Shown here in pieces: positions 19,117 through 30,062 of a stretch of 64,000 nucleotides of DNA. Below the pieces are notes generated by a model. The model saw nothing but the letters and a program-made list of their open reading frames with translations, did not search any database and was not told where the DNA came from. This DNA comes from Cytophagales bacterium (GTDB taxonomy: Bacteria; Bacteroidota; Bacteroidia; Cytophagales; JAAEPT01): positions 1,818,662 through 1,882,661 of the forward strand of contig OZ253953.1 of NCBI GenBank assembly GCA_965267335.1. The letters run 5' to 3'. Each line of letters opens with the position of its first letter. Positions within the stretch are counted from its first letter, which is position 1. The translations under genes and the position numbers were made by a program.

Positions 19117-22100
19117 GTGAATCTGGCACACAAAGTACATATTAAAATATCATTACTGGTTTTTTGGCTCTTACTGCTGTTGGTATGCCGAAGAGCGGAT
19201 GCGAATATTTATGTTGTGAATACAACTCTGGATATTGGCGCTGGCTCTTTACGAGACGCAATTAACCAGGCCAATGCGAACTTTGGTGCAGATACCATAT
19301 ATTTTAATATTCCAGGCGCAATACCACACAGAATTTCTCCGAATCCCCAATTGCCATCCATTACCGATACCTTGTTTATCGATGGTTCAAGCCAAAATAC
19401 TTTTGTCGGAGCACCTGCCTCTAAAAGGTTGATTGAGATCGATGGTTCACTGTCCGGTGGTGGTTCAGGCTTAATTGTGCAAACCAATGCTGATGAAACT
19501 GTTTTAAAGCATTTGGTCATCAATAATTTCACAACAGGTTGGGGTGTTTTGATCGAAACAGATAATTGTAGTGTACTGGGCTGCTACCTGGGGACCGACA
19601 CCTTGGGAATGGCTGACCTCGGTAACTCTATAGGAATAGAAATTCACAGCTCAGGGAAGTATAATGTTATTGGAGGTACGGGTGCGGAAGAGCGTTGTAT
19701 TATATCAGGAAATAGTCAAAACGGTGTTTTGATTACGGATGGTGGTACAGATTCTAATCAGGTAATCAATTGTTATATAGGCGTTGCCATTGATGGAGTT
19801 ACCGACCTTGGCAACACTACGCACGGTGTTCTGATCCAAAGCTCGTGTGAATACAATATCATTGGAGGGACGGGTGCCGGTGAAGGAAATGTAATTTCAG
19901 GAAATAATGGATCCGGTGTTTATATACAATCAGGGGGTACCAGTAACAATTATGTGATAGGGAATATAATAGGACTAGACGCTACGGGATTGATAGATGT
20001 TGGAAATGACCAAAACGGAGTCTCTGTTGTTACTAATGCAAGCTTCAACATTATCGGAGGTAATGGTAGCCAATATCGGAATATCATATCCGGTAATGGT
20101 CAAAACGGGGTGTACATAGAGGGGGTCGGGACAGACGATAATGAGGTGTTGGGTAATTTTATTGGATTGGATATCACTGGACTGGCTGGGGTTCAAAACA
20201 ATTTATCGGGAATTCATATTGCTAATACAGCCGAAAGAAATCACATAGGAAATACTGGTCAATATGATGGTAATGTAATTTCCGGTAATGGTCAGCATGG
20301 TATTCTGCTTGCCAATTCACAAACTGACAGTAACTATGTACAGGGAAACTTTATTGGTACCGACTCCACTGGTCTTGTTGCCCTGGCAAACACCCTTTCA
20401 GGAATCAAACTCGAATCGGGAGTTCAGGACAATTTAATTGGGGGAAGTACAGTATATACCAGGAATATAATTTCCGGTAATGCTCAGGATGGTATTATAG
20501 TTAGTTCCAACACCACAAGTAATAATACGATAATAGGAAACTTTATTGGTCTCAATAAAAATGGTGATTTAGCCCTTCCGAACACTTTGACTGGAGTTAG
20601 ATTTGAGAACAATGCGAGCAATAATTATCTAGGTGGAAATACCTATGCTGAGAGAAATGTGATCTCCGGAAACCTCAATCATGGTGTATACTTTCAAAGT
20701 AATACAACTTCAATATTTGTAAGAGGAAATTTTATAGGTACTGATAGCAGCGGCTCATTTGCCATCCCTAATCATCAATATGGAGTTGGTATTTTTGCCA
20801 ATTCATCATCTATTACAATTGGTGGGTTGAATGCTGGTGAGGGTAACGTTATAAGCGGAAATTACCTTTCAGGGGTTTACCTTAATCAGACAAATAATAA
20901 TACTATACAGGGGAATTATATCGGTCTGGACTATGCCGGCACTGACACTATTCCGAACGATAATCACGGAATAGCATTAATCGGGTCTACGAGTGGTAAT
21001 CTGATAGGAGGAGACGGAGGCTTATCTGGCAACTATATTTGTGGGAACAAACAATCAGGTGTCTTTCTCAGCAATGGAGGTACCAATAATAATGAGATTT
21101 ATTCGAATAAAATTGGGGTAGATATCAACGGAGATTGCCTGGGTAATCTTCAACATGGTATCGCGGTGCAAAGTACTCCGTCTAATAATCAAGCAGGAGG
21201 TCCAGGTGATTCCTTGAATGTGATTGCATGCAATGGGGGTGATGGTATATCACTCATCACATCAGATGTAAATCAATTCTTGATCACACAGAACAGCATA
21301 TACGGAAATACAGGGCTTGGTATTGACCTCGAAGATGATGGACCTGATGTTAATGATAATGCTGATGCAGACAATGGGGCCAATGGTGCACAAAATTATC
21401 CTGTAATTGATAGTGTCAGGCACTCCGGGGGTAATATTGTAGTGTATGGAAACTTACATACTATCCCCGGTCAAAATTTTGTTATCGAATTCTATAGTAA
21501 TGAGTTTGTGAATGCCAGCGGATATGGAGAAGGTAAAACATATCTAGGACAAGTAACGGGACTGGCCGATGGAGCAGGTAATATTCCATTTTCTCCTACT
21601 TTTTCAGCAGTGGCAGGCGAACCCTATATATCGGCATTGTCCTATCAGGTGGGAGGGGGTAGCTCAGAATTTTCATTTATTGAATATACCGCATTTGCTC
21701 CCTCCGCAAGCGATGACTATTTCGTAATGAGGCAAGATGAGCCAGTGCGTAATATCGTTGTTCTTTCAAATGATGCTGCGGGAAGCGTAGAAATAGACAC
21801 CAGTTCTGTTCAAATAATTACTGCACCTGTCAACGGAGGAGGGGTTGTTCAGGTAGATGGGAGTATTAACTATACTGTTAATGCTGGATATTATGGTCAC
21901 GATAGTTTGCAATACGTTGTTTGTGACAAAAATACACCAACCGCCCTTTGTGATACTGCGTGGCTTAGGATTTATGTTCAAGAAGAAAAGCCCATTTCCA
22001 TTACAGGGGGCTTCCGGCACACAATTATCAGTTGCAATGACGGTAGCGCCTTCGGTGCCGGGCAAAACAGCCAGGGATCAATTGGTCAAGGGACGTTCAA

Positions 22101-25100
22101 TGGAGCAATTACAACACCGGATCAGGTACTTGATTTAAGTGGGTCAGCTCCGTATACTAATTTTAAACAAGTTATCGCCACAAGTGGATATACGACTCTG
22201 GCAATTACCCAGGATGACTCCCTGCTTTCCTGGGGTAGTGACAACTCAGAGGCTCTGGGTACAACCGGTAATGCAAACAGGAACATTCCCGGTAGGGTCG
22301 AGAATGTTGGGGGGAGTGGCAATGGTTACCTGGGTAATATTCTCGATGCGGCAGGCACCTACTATTCCGGGTTTGCGGTATTGTCAACTACAGGACGTGT
22401 GCTCTCGTGGGGAGAAAACAATGACGGTGAGCTTGGACAAGGAGTGGCAGGAGTATCTCAGGCAGTTGCAGATTCTGCGCTTATAGATAATGTGGTTCAA
22501 ATAGATGCAGGGAATGATCACGCGACAGCCTTAAAAAGAGATGGTACCGTATGGTCATGGGGTCTCAATAATCAAGGGCAGATCGGTCAGAATAACTTAA
22601 CAACACCCCAACACACTCCGGTACAAGTTATAGACTTAAATGATCCTTCAGGTTACCTTACCGGAGTAAAGAAAATACAGGCTGCCGGGAACAGGAATAT
22701 TGCACTGAAATGGGATGGCACTTTAAAAGCATGGGGAGCAAATAGCATCGGAGAGTTAGGTGATGGTACAACGACTTCTCCAAGAACATCGGCAGTAGAT
22801 GTCGTGGATGTTGGTGGGGCGGGGCAACTTGATAGCGTTGTGGATATATCCTGTGGTATTGAACATTGTATGGCCTTATTAGAGAATGGTGATGTTGTAA
22901 CATGGGGAGGTAGTAACTTTGGGGAACTTGGAAATGGTACATTTGGCAACCGAAGCGAACCAGACTATGTTTGGAGGGACGGAGGAAATACTATCAAACT
23001 GGATAGTATAGTCCAAATTGGTGCAGTAGAAGATGCTTGCTTTGCAATTACGCATGACGATTCCTTGTTTGCATGGGGTGTCAACAGTGACGGTCAATTA
23101 ATGCTGGGGACGACAGGTGGAGGAGAAACACGACCTTTATATGTAAATACCTTGAATGGATGTGTGACGCTTAGTTCACCTCCGGTAGCTGTAAAGGATA
23201 CCTTTTATATAAATGAAAATGATCTTAGTCAGGGACTGAATGTGGTAGCTAATGATACTGATTCCGATGGAGATATCGACCCGGGCTCCGTTACAGTATT
23301 AATTGCACCAAACTATGGTGTTGTTGATAGTATTAGTACTGCTGGATTGATTTACTACACTCCGAATACAAATTTTGCCGGTATTGACACCTTGATTTAT
23401 CAGGTCTGTGACTCGGCTTCATCTTGTGATTCTGATACAGCGATAATTTATGTCAACTTACTTCACGGGCCTGGTGGTATTACCAATGGACTTACCATGT
23501 GGTATAAGGCAGATTATGGCACTACTTTAACAGCAAATAGGGTTGATGAGTGGTACAACAGAGCCAATGGAAATTTTGGACCGTTGTTAAGAAATACCAC
23601 AGAACCGCAACTTCGTTCAGAAGCAATGAATTTTAATCCGGCTATTGAGTTTGATGGAACGGATAACCTAGTTGCCTATTTCTGGGGAGAGGATTTTCTA
23701 AATACTACTGACAATACTTCGTTTTTGGTTTCCGACTATTCCAATGGAAATGTTTCATGGGTTACCCAGCAAGATGCGAATAACCGAATTTCATTTGAGT
23801 GTGACAATGATACAAACCTGAGATACGACTACCCTACAAGTGTAAGTCAGACTTTTTCTATCAATTCGATAAACGATGGTGCTCATTTAATTCAATTGAA
23901 TACGGATTTAACTACGGATTCTATTCTTATCGATGGAGCATTTGACAATTCAGGCGTGGGAGGTAGTTTAACAACCACCAGTACTTTTGGGTACAGTTTT
24001 GGTTCATTGCCAAATCTCAGTTTTTTTGCCTCGACAGATATATCAGAACAAATATTATTTAACCGAAAACTGAGTACCGCTGAAAAGCGAGCAGTAGATA
24101 GTTACCTGGCTATTAAGTACGGGTTGACCCTTGATCAAACAATTGCTACCGACTATACTCTTCTGGATGGGACAGTGATTTACAATGCAGCAACAACACA
24201 TGATGCGTATGACTATGATATCGCTGGAATTGGTCGAAATGATGTGGCTGAATTAGTCCAGCCGAAATCAGCGAGTGTTAATGATGGAGCAATTATTGAG
24301 ATGTCACAGCCTGCTCACCTGGGGGATGGTGAATATCTGGTTTGGGGTAATAATGGTATAGATGCTTCCCAATCTCAGGATAATGATATTCCTGCCGGAT
24401 TTACACATCGGATGCAGAAAATATGGAGGGTGGATAAGACAAATGACGTAGGTGTGGTTACCATAAAAATTAATATTTCAGATTTACCTGTAACCTCAAC
24501 GAATGTTTCGGACTATGCACTACTCATTAGTAGTACGACAACCTTCGCTGGAGCTCCTGTTTTAAATCCGGTTATAATTAGCGGTGATACACTGACTTTT
24601 TCGGGAATAGGATTTTCTGATAATGATTTCTTTACACTAGCTTTTAATACAACTACCCCGGGTGCGGTGGCTGATCGGTTGGAGTTGTGGCTTAAGGCGG
24701 ATGCAGGAGTCCTCAATGGCGTATCTCAGGCAACGAACGGACAATCTGTAAATGAGTGGCAAGATCAATCAGGAGTAAGGATCAATAATGCCACAGATGT
24801 AAATATGGCTTCACCCACCTTTTACGACTTTGATACCAACCGTATAAATTTCAATCCTACCGTATACTTTGATGGCATCGATGATGGACTCAATTTTTTT
24901 GACGATTACATTTTTTCAGAAAATGATGGGCTGACAGCCTTTGCGATTGTACAACCGGATACCAATTCGTTGAAGATGACGCCTTTTGTCTTTGATTTCG
25001 GACTTTTTAGTTCGACAGGATACGGGATGTACTATTCAAACTCTGAGATGAGAACCTATGCGCCCTCCAACACTACCAGTATACTGCCCCATTCTTTTTA

Positions 25101-28100
25101 CGATAACCCTGTGTTGGGAAGAAGTATTTATGATTTCGGAACGGAAATACAACAATCTATAAATAACAGCCTTTTTGATACTGAAGCATTAACTACAACA
25201 ACCTTTGATGCATCTACAGTAAGAGCTAATCCTACTCCAATATCTGGTGATGGTCCTTTTACAATAGGGAGACAATCTAAAACCAATAACCTCTCCGCAG
25301 ATGGGGGTAGACTATTTCAGGGAAAAATTGCCGAAGTAATTGTTTATTCAAAACACGTTTCTGTGGCAGAAGTGGAAAGAATTGAGTCATACCTCGCCAT
25401 TAAATATGGAATTACCAAGTTCGGTGATTACATTTCGGCTTTCGGTACTACTGTATGGGATTCTGCGGCTAACAGTGGTTATCATAATGATATCGCTGGA
25501 ATTGGGCAAGATGACTTACAAGGCCTTGATCAAACCAGGTCAATGTCAGTTAATGACAGTGCAGTTGTGTTAATGGAGTTTGCCAATTCACTTGATGATG
25601 GAGATTATCTGATCTGGGGAAACAATGGACTGGCTGTGGATTCTATTACTACTACCAATTTACCGACCGGGTATACTGATCGTTTTGCCAAAGTATGGAA
25701 AGTGCAGGAAACCAATGAAGTAGGCAACGTGGGGGTTAAGTTTAATTTAGCTAATTACCCGGGACACCCAACAGATGCCTCAGATTATGCCATTGTTGTA
25801 CATAATGGGACTGATTTTCAGAATGCCACCCCTCAAACGGTCGGCCTCACTTATAATTCAGATACTGTTCGGGTTAACAGTGTAGCTTTTAATTCTGGAG
25901 ACTATTTTACATTGGTATTTTACACGAATAGCCCTCCAATTGCTAACAATGATACGGTTACATTTAATGAAGATACATTAAGTGCGGGTATATCGGTTTT
26001 AACTAATGACGTAGATACAAACATTGATACCACATCAATATCTGTCATTGGTGGAACGGGACCATTTAATGGTGTCATTGATAGTATTTCCAATGGCATT
26101 GTCTACTATACCCCAAACACAGATTTTAATGGTGTTGATAGTGTTGACTATCGGGTCTGTGATACTGATGCAGAGTGTGACACTGCTCGGATTTACATTA
26201 CTATCGATCCGGTAGATGATTACCCGATAGCTTTAAACGATACCTTGATCATCAACGAAGACGATCCCTTGACCAACATTATGGTTACGGCCAATGACTC
26301 TGATGTGGATGGTAATCTGGATGTTTCTTCTATTTCAATAGTAACTAATGCTTCCAATGGCACATCTACAGCGGTAGTTGATGGAAGCATTGACTATACT
26401 CCGGACATGGACTTCTTTGGCAATGATACTGTATTTTACCGAGTCTGCGATGGTACCGGACTCTGTGATTCGGCTTATTTATTTGTAACGGTCAATCCAA
26501 TAGATGATAACCCTGTGGCAATCAATGACACTTTATTCGTGTCGCAAGGTGGAAGTGGTTCTGCACCAGTGTATTTAAATGATTATGATGTGGATGGTGA
26601 CCTTGATAATAGTTCTGTGACAAATCTCTCTGGAACTACTGCTGAGGGAGCGACTGCATCAAACTCAGGAACGGGATTTGTGAATGTGAATTACAGTTCC
26701 GTCCCTGCATTTACTGGTTTAGATTCCGTACAATATCAAATTTGTGACGGGCAACCAATATGTGTTACTGCCTGGTTGTACATAATGGTTTCCAGTGGTA
26801 ATCCACCTGATGCGGTAACGGATACCTTAATAATTAATGAAGACACTACAAACGCAGGGATTAATGTTACTTTGAATGATACTGATCCCGATGGTAATCT
26901 TGATACATCTACAGTATCGATACTCTCAGGCCCCTTCAATGGTACTATTAATAGTGTTTCCGGATTTTCTGTGGTATACACCCCAAACGCTGACTGGAAT
27001 GGAGTCGATACGGTTATTTACCAAATTCAGGATTCAACGCTTCTAAGTGATCAGGATACCTTGTTCATTATTGTAAATCCGGTTGAGGATAATCCTGTAG
27101 TTGAGAATGACACGATGACTATCCCGGAGGATACGACTACGGTCAACTATCTTGTTATTATCAATGACTCTGACGCGGATAATAATCTTGATACGGCATC
27201 AATCAGTATTTTAAATGCTGCTACAAATGGCATTTCAGTAGCCCAGGTTGATGGAAGTATTGACTATACACCCAATGCAGATTTCAATGGTTTGGACTCT
27301 GTGCATTATCAGGTTTGTGATTTGATGGGCAACTGTGACTCAGCATACTTATATATAATTGTGACCCCGGTACCAGATACACCTAATGCGATCATCGATA
27401 CTTTATTATTGACTCAAGGAGCATCAGGAAGCTATTTAGTCGTGATAAATGATACGGATGTCGACAATGACCTGGACACGAGTTCGGTAACAAGTTTGAC
27501 AGCTTCAACAGTTGAGGGAGCTACGGTAGGTAATGATGGAAATGGTTCACTGATAATTGATTACAGTGTAATTCCCGGTTTTACAGGCTGGGACTCTGTT
27601 CAATATAGAGTATGTGATGCAACAGCACTTTGTGATACGGCTTGGTTGTACATCAATGTCGCGGCTGGTTCACCACCAATTGCTAATCCTGATACGCTGT
27701 TGATAACAGAGGATACGACCATGGTGAGTATCAATGTGCTCCTCGATGATACAGACCCTGATGGTAATTTGGACACATCGTCTATTTCGATATTGGTAGG
27801 TCCATCAATTGGTTCTCTTGGAACAGTTGATGGCTTTGGAATCCAATATCAACCTATGCCAGATTCAAATGGAGTTGACACTATCGTCTATCAGGTTTGT
27901 GATTCTACTTTATTATGTGATAGTGATACTTTGTTTGTAATTGTTCAGCCGGTGAATGATGCTCCTTTGGCTGTCAGAGACTCAACGGGAGAAAGTCAGT
28001 TGAGTCTCGCTACACATACTGTGACCAACAACGATACGGATGTGGAGAATGGCCTTGATACCAGCACAGTGACTATAGTATCTGCTCCGATAAGTGGAGC

Positions 28101-29154
28101 AGCGGCAGTAGTAGATGGTATGGGACAAATATCCATTGATTACTCGACTCAACCATTATTTACAGGCATGGATTCCTTGCAATACCGGGTTTGTGATGTG
28201 GATGGCGCCTGTGATAGTGCCTGGTGGGTTACTAATGTTCAGGTTTTTGTTCCATTCACACTGGCTCCGGACACAATTACTTTCGAAGAAGGATGTGCAG
28301 ATATTACTCAGGATATTTTGACCAACGATAACCTCGCAGCAGCGGATATAGATACTTCGACAATTTCTATTGTTACCGTGGATGCCGGGTTGATTCCATA
28401 TGATTCATTGTACATTGATACCATAACAGGGAATTTACATCTAGATTACCAAACTAATCTTGTCGGGGCCGGGACGCATAATATTACTTATACCATGTGT
28501 AATAAGTTAGGTATTTGTGATACTACTACCGTTACGGTAATCAGAACAACCAGTACCGCTCCGAGTTATCTTGATTTTAGCCTGAGTATGCTACAGTTAG
28601 ATGATCAATCTTACAATATTGCTGATTTTGTAACAGGTGCTGATATCGACTATTCCTCATTGACATTCAACTCTGCGACAACATTGAATTTTGGTGCCTT
28701 AGTTGATACTATAGGGGGAGGAGTGTTCAGGATAAATTATGACTCTGCGGGAGTAGATACGGTCGGGACCGATGTAATCAATTATCAAATTTCTGACCTG
28801 AGCTGTAATGTATATAGCGGCAGTATAACCATTGATATTGATCCTGATCCTGAGAAAATGATTATCTACGATGGGTTTTCCCCCAATGGTGACGGTATAA
28901 ACGAGTTTTGGGAAATCAGACTATTTCGATACTATATGTCGAGTAATGTAAAAATTTATAATCGCTGGGGTAATGTAGTATATGAGGTGAGTGATGTGAT
29001 GAGCGATGAGATTTGGAACGGAACCTCCAATACCGGTTTTGTCGTTGGTGGAGCAAAAGTTCCTGATGGAACCTACTTTTATACGGTTGAATTGCCAGAT
29101 TACGACTTCGTAAAGACCGGTTATATTATTGTGAGAGGAGGTAGACAGAGATGA
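19117..29154 (+). CDS. Giant (3345-aa) T9SS type-B cargo / adhesin-like protein: parallel beta-helix repeats, RCC1 propeller, two LamG-like modules, ~10 tandem-95/cadherin-like Ig modules, gliding-motility-associated C-terminal domain
   Basis: Uninterrupted 10-kb ORF with a GTG start and signal peptide.
- nt ~19200-21330: PbH1-type repeats ('NVISGNNGSGVYI', 'NIISGNGQNGVYI', ...).
- nt ~21990-23160: seven RCC1 blades ('WGENNDGELGQG', 'WGLNNQGQIGQ', 'WGANSIGELGDG', ...).
- nt ~23470-25926: two LamG-like modules, each ending in 'SYLAIKYG'.
- nt ~25930-28560: ~95-aa modules ('..NDTDPDGNLDTSS..YTPN.DFNG.D...Y.VCD....CD.A...I.V').
- C-terminus: 'IIYDGFSPNGDGINEFWEI...IYNRWGNVVYEV...VPDGTYFYTVEL', a CHU_C / type B sorting domain. 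Confidence 0.9.
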   Translation: MNLAHKVHIKISLLVFWLLLLLVCRRADANIYVVNTTLDIGAGSLRDAINQANANFGADTIYFNIPGAIPHRISPNPQLPSITDTLFIDGSSQNTFVGAPASKRLIEIDGSLSGGGSGLIVQTNADETVLKHLVINNFTTGWGVLIETDNCSVLGCYLGTDTLGMADLGNSIGIEIHSSGKYNVIGGTGAEERCIISGNSQNGVLITDGGTDSNQVINCYIGVAIDGVTDLGNTTHGVLIQSSCEYNIIGGTGAGEGNVISGNNGSGVYIQSGGTSNNYVIGNIIGLDATGLIDVGNDQNGVSVVTNASFNIIGGNGSQYRNIISGNGQNGVYIEGVGTDDNEVLGNFIGLDITGLAGVQNNLSGIHIANTAERNHIGNTGQYDGNVISGNGQHGILLANSQTDSNYVQGNFIGTDSTGLVALANTLSGIKLESGVQDNLIGGSTVYTRNIISGNAQDGIIVSSNTTSNNTIIGNFIGLNKNGDLALPNTLTGVRFENNASNNYLGGNTYAERNVISGNLNHGVYFQSNTTSIFVRGNFIGTDSSGSFAIPNHQYGVGIFANSSSITIGGLNAGEGNVISGNYLSGVYLNQTNNNTIQGNYIGLDYAGTDTIPNDNHGIALIGSTSGNLIGGDGGLSGNYICGNKQSGVFLSNGGTNNNEIYSNKIGVDINGDCLGNLQHGIAVQSTPSNNQAGGPGDSLNVIACNGGDGISLITSDVNQFLITQNSIYGNTGLGIDLEDDGPDVNDNADADNGANGAQNYPVIDSVRHSGGNIVVYGNLHTIPGQNFVIEFYSNEFVNASGYGEGKTYLGQVTGLADGAGNIPFSPTFSAVAGEPYISALSYQVGGGSSEFSFIEYTAFAPSASDDYFVMRQDEPVRNIVVLSNDAAGSVEIDTSSVQIITAPVNGGGVVQVDGSINYTVNAGYYGHDSLQYVVCDKNTPTALCDTAWLRIYVQEEKPISITGGFRHTIISCNDGSAFGAGQNSQGSIGQGTFNGAITTPDQVLDLSGSAPYTNFKQVIATSGYTTLAITQDDSLLSWGSDNSEALGTTGNANRNIPGRVENVGGSGNGYLGNILDAAGTYYSGFAVLSTTGRVLSWGENNDGELGQGVAGVSQAVADSALIDNVVQIDAGNDHATALKRDGTVWSWGLNNQGQIGQNNLTTPQHTPVQVIDLNDPSGYLTGVKKIQAAGNRNIALKWDGTLKAWGANSIGELGDGTTTSPRTSAVDVVDVGGAGQLDSVVDISCGIEHCMALLENGDVVTWGGSNFGELGNGTFGNRSEPDYVWRDGGNTIKLDSIVQIGAVEDACFAITHDDSLFAWGVNSDGQLMLGTTGGGETRPLYVNTLNGCVTLSSPPVAVKDTFYINENDLSQGLNVVANDTDSDGDIDPGSVTVLIAPNYGVVDSISTAGLIYYTPNTNFAGIDTLIYQVCDSASSCDSDTAIIYVNLLHGPGGITNGLTMWYKADYGTTLTANRVDEWYNRANGNFGPLLRNTTEPQLRSEAMNFNPAIEFDGTDNLVAYFWGEDFLNTTDNTSFLVSDYSNGNVSWVTQQDANNRISFECDNDTNLRYDYPTSVSQTFSINSINDGAHLIQLNTDLTTDSILIDGAFDNSGVGGSLTTTSTFGYSFGSLPNLSFFASTDISEQILFNRKLSTAEKRAVDSYLAIKYGLTLDQTIATDYTLLDGTVIYNAATTHDAYDYDIAGIGRNDVAELVQPKSASVNDGAIIEMSQPAHLGDGEYLVWGNNGIDASQSQDNDIPAGFTHRMQKIWRVDKTNDVGVVTIKINISDLPVTSTNVSDYALLISSTTTFAGAPVLNPVIISGDTLTFSGIGFSDNDFFTLAFNTTTPGAVADRLELWLKADAGVLNGVSQATNGQSVNEWQDQSGVRINNATDVNMASPTFYDFDTNRINFNPTVYFDGIDDGLNFFDDYIFSENDGLTAFAIVQPDTNSLKMTPFVFDFGLFSSTGYGMYYSNSEMRTYAPSNTTSILPHSFYDNPVLGRSIYDFGTEIQQSINNSLFDTEALTTTTFDASTVRANPTPISGDGPFTIGRQSKTNNLSADGGRLFQGKIAEVIVYSKHVSVAEVERIESYLAIKYGITKFGDYISAFGTTVWDSAANSGYHNDIAGIGQDDLQGLDQTRSMSVNDSAVVLMEFANSLDDGDYLIWGNNGLAVDSITTTNLPTGYTDRFAKVWKVQETNEVGNVGVKFNLANYPGHPTDASDYAIVVHNGTDFQNATPQTVGLTYNSDTVRVNSVAFNSGDYFTLVFYTNSPPIANNDTVTFNEDTLSAGISVLTNDVDTNIDTTSISVIGGTGPFNGVIDSISNGIVYYTPNTDFNGVDSVDYRVCDTDAECDTARIYITIDPVDDYPIALNDTLIINEDDPLTNIMVTANDSDVDGNLDVSSISIVTNASNGTSTAVVDGSIDYTPDMDFFGNDTVFYRVCDGTGLCDSAYLFVTVNPIDDNPVAINDTLFVSQGGSGSAPVYLNDYDVDGDLDNSSVTNLSGTTAEGATASNSGTGFVNVNYSSVPAFTGLDSVQYQICDGQPICVTAWLYIMVSSGNPPDAVTDTLIINEDTTNAGINVTLNDTDPDGNLDTSTVSILSGPFNGTINSVSGFSVVYTPNADWNGVDTVIYQIQDSTLLSDQDTLFIIVNPVEDNPVVENDTMTIPEDTTTVNYLVIINDSDADNNLDTASISILNAATNGISVAQVDGSIDYTPNADFNGLDSVHYQVCDLMGNCDSAYLYIIVTPVPDTPNAIIDTLLLTQGASGSYLVVINDTDVDNDLDTSSVTSLTASTVEGATVGNDGNGSLIIDYSVIPGFTGWDSVQYRVCDATALCDTAWLYINVAAGSPPIANPDTLLITEDTTMVSINVLLDDTDPDGNLDTSSISILVGPSIGSLGTVDGFGIQYQPMPDSNGVDTIVYQVCDSTLLCDSDTLFVIVQPVNDAPLAVRDSTGESQLSLATHTVTNNDTDVENGLDTSTVTIVSAPISGAAAVVDGMGQISIDYSTQPLFTGMDSLQYRVCDVDGACDSAWWVTNVQVFVPFTLAPDTITFEEGCADITQDILTNDNLAAADIDTSTISIVTVDAGLIPYDSLYIDTITGNLHLDYQTNLVGAGTHNITYTMCNKLGICDTTTVTVIRTTSTAPSYLDFSLSMLQLDDQSYNIADFVTGADIDYSSLTFNSATTLNFGALVDTIGGGVFRINYDSAGVDTVGTDVINYQISDLSCNVYSGSITIDIDPDPEKMIIYDGFSPNGDGINEFWEIRLFRYYMSSNVKIYNRWGNVVYEVSDVMSDEIWNGTSNTGFVVGGAKVPDGTYFYTVELPDYDFVKTGYIIVRGGRQR
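25930..28560 (+). repeat. Array of ~10 tandem ~95-aa (about 285-bp) Ig/cadherin-like modules with a three-module higher-order period
   Basis: In-frame coding repeats inside the 3345-aa ORF. Modules 1/4/7, 2/5 and 3/6/8 resemble each other more than their neighbours. For example, 'CVTAWLYIMVSSGNPP' (module 3) compares with 'CDTAWLYINVAAGSPP' (module 6). Confidence 0.7.
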
Positions 29155-30059
29155 TGAGGAAGCTGATCGCCATATTAATCCTATCCACAGGGGCTTTTTG
29201 TTCACAAGGGCAGCAGCAACCTATGTATACTCAATATATGTTTAATGGACTGTTAATCAATCCAGCCTATGCAGGGATAGATCAGATGGTGAGTGCTACA
29301 GCTCAGACCAGATTACAATGGTTGGGGTTTGATGGAGCTCCTGAAACACATACATTCTCAGTGCATAGTCCAATGAAAAATGAATTGGTATCAGGTGGGT
29401 TAACGTTGATGCACGATAAGATAGGGGTAACCCGGCAGAGCTATCTCACGACTTCTTGGTCCTATAAAGTGTTATTCAAAGAGACAACATTAGCACTTGG
29501 ACTTCAGGGAGGTGCGACCTTTGTGAATATGAATTTAAACAGTGTCGAACTACCAGATCCCAATGATCCGTTTTTCATGGGAAATGAGGTGAGAAGCTGG
29601 ATTCCAAACTTTGGAGTAGGAGCATTCTACTACAGTAGTAATTATTATATCGGAGCGTCAATACCTCACTTTATGAATAATCCGCTCAGGCAAACAAATT
29701 ATAAACAGATCAGGCACTATTTTGTAGCAGGTGGGTATGTTTTTGATATCAATGAAGATTTTAAACTGAAACCGAACTTCTTAATCAAGGGAGTGAACGG
29801 TTCACCCATTCAGTTTGATTTGAATGCCAATGTGTTGTTTAAAGACCGATATTGGTTAGGAGTATCGTACCGAAGCTCAGAAAGTTTCGATCTTCTGCTC
29901 GAAGCAAATATTGGTGATCAGTTTCGATTAGGATATTCTTATGACCTGGTTACATTTCAGCTAAGTCGTAACGCATCACATGAAATAATGTTAAATTACC
30001 GTTTCACTTTAGAAAAACATAAGAGCGTAGAAAAACCGTACAAAACCAAGATTTTCTGA
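29151..30059 (+). CDS. PorP/SprF family type IX secretion system membrane protein
   Basis: 302-aa ORF. The hallmark N-terminal motif 'QQQPMYTQYMFNGLLINPAYAG' is followed by a beta-barrel-like alternating pattern. Its ATG overlaps the giant gene's stop (ATGA, 4-nt overlap). Confidence 0.9.
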   Translation: MMRKLIAILILSTGAFCSQGQQQPMYTQYMFNGLLINPAYAGIDQMVSATAQTRLQWLGFDGAPETHTFSVHSPMKNELVSGGLTLMHDKIGVTRQSYLTTSWSYKVLFKETTLALGLQGGATFVNMNLNSVELPDPNDPFFMGNEVRSWIPNFGVGAFYYSSNYYIGASIPHFMNNPLRQTNYKQIRHYFVAGGYVFDINEDFKLKPNFLIKGVNGSPIQFDLNANVLFKDRYWLGVSYRSSESFDLLLEANIGDQFRLGYSYDLVTFQLSRNASHEIMLNYRFTLEKHKSVEKPYKTKIF

Positions 30060-30062
30060 TCG

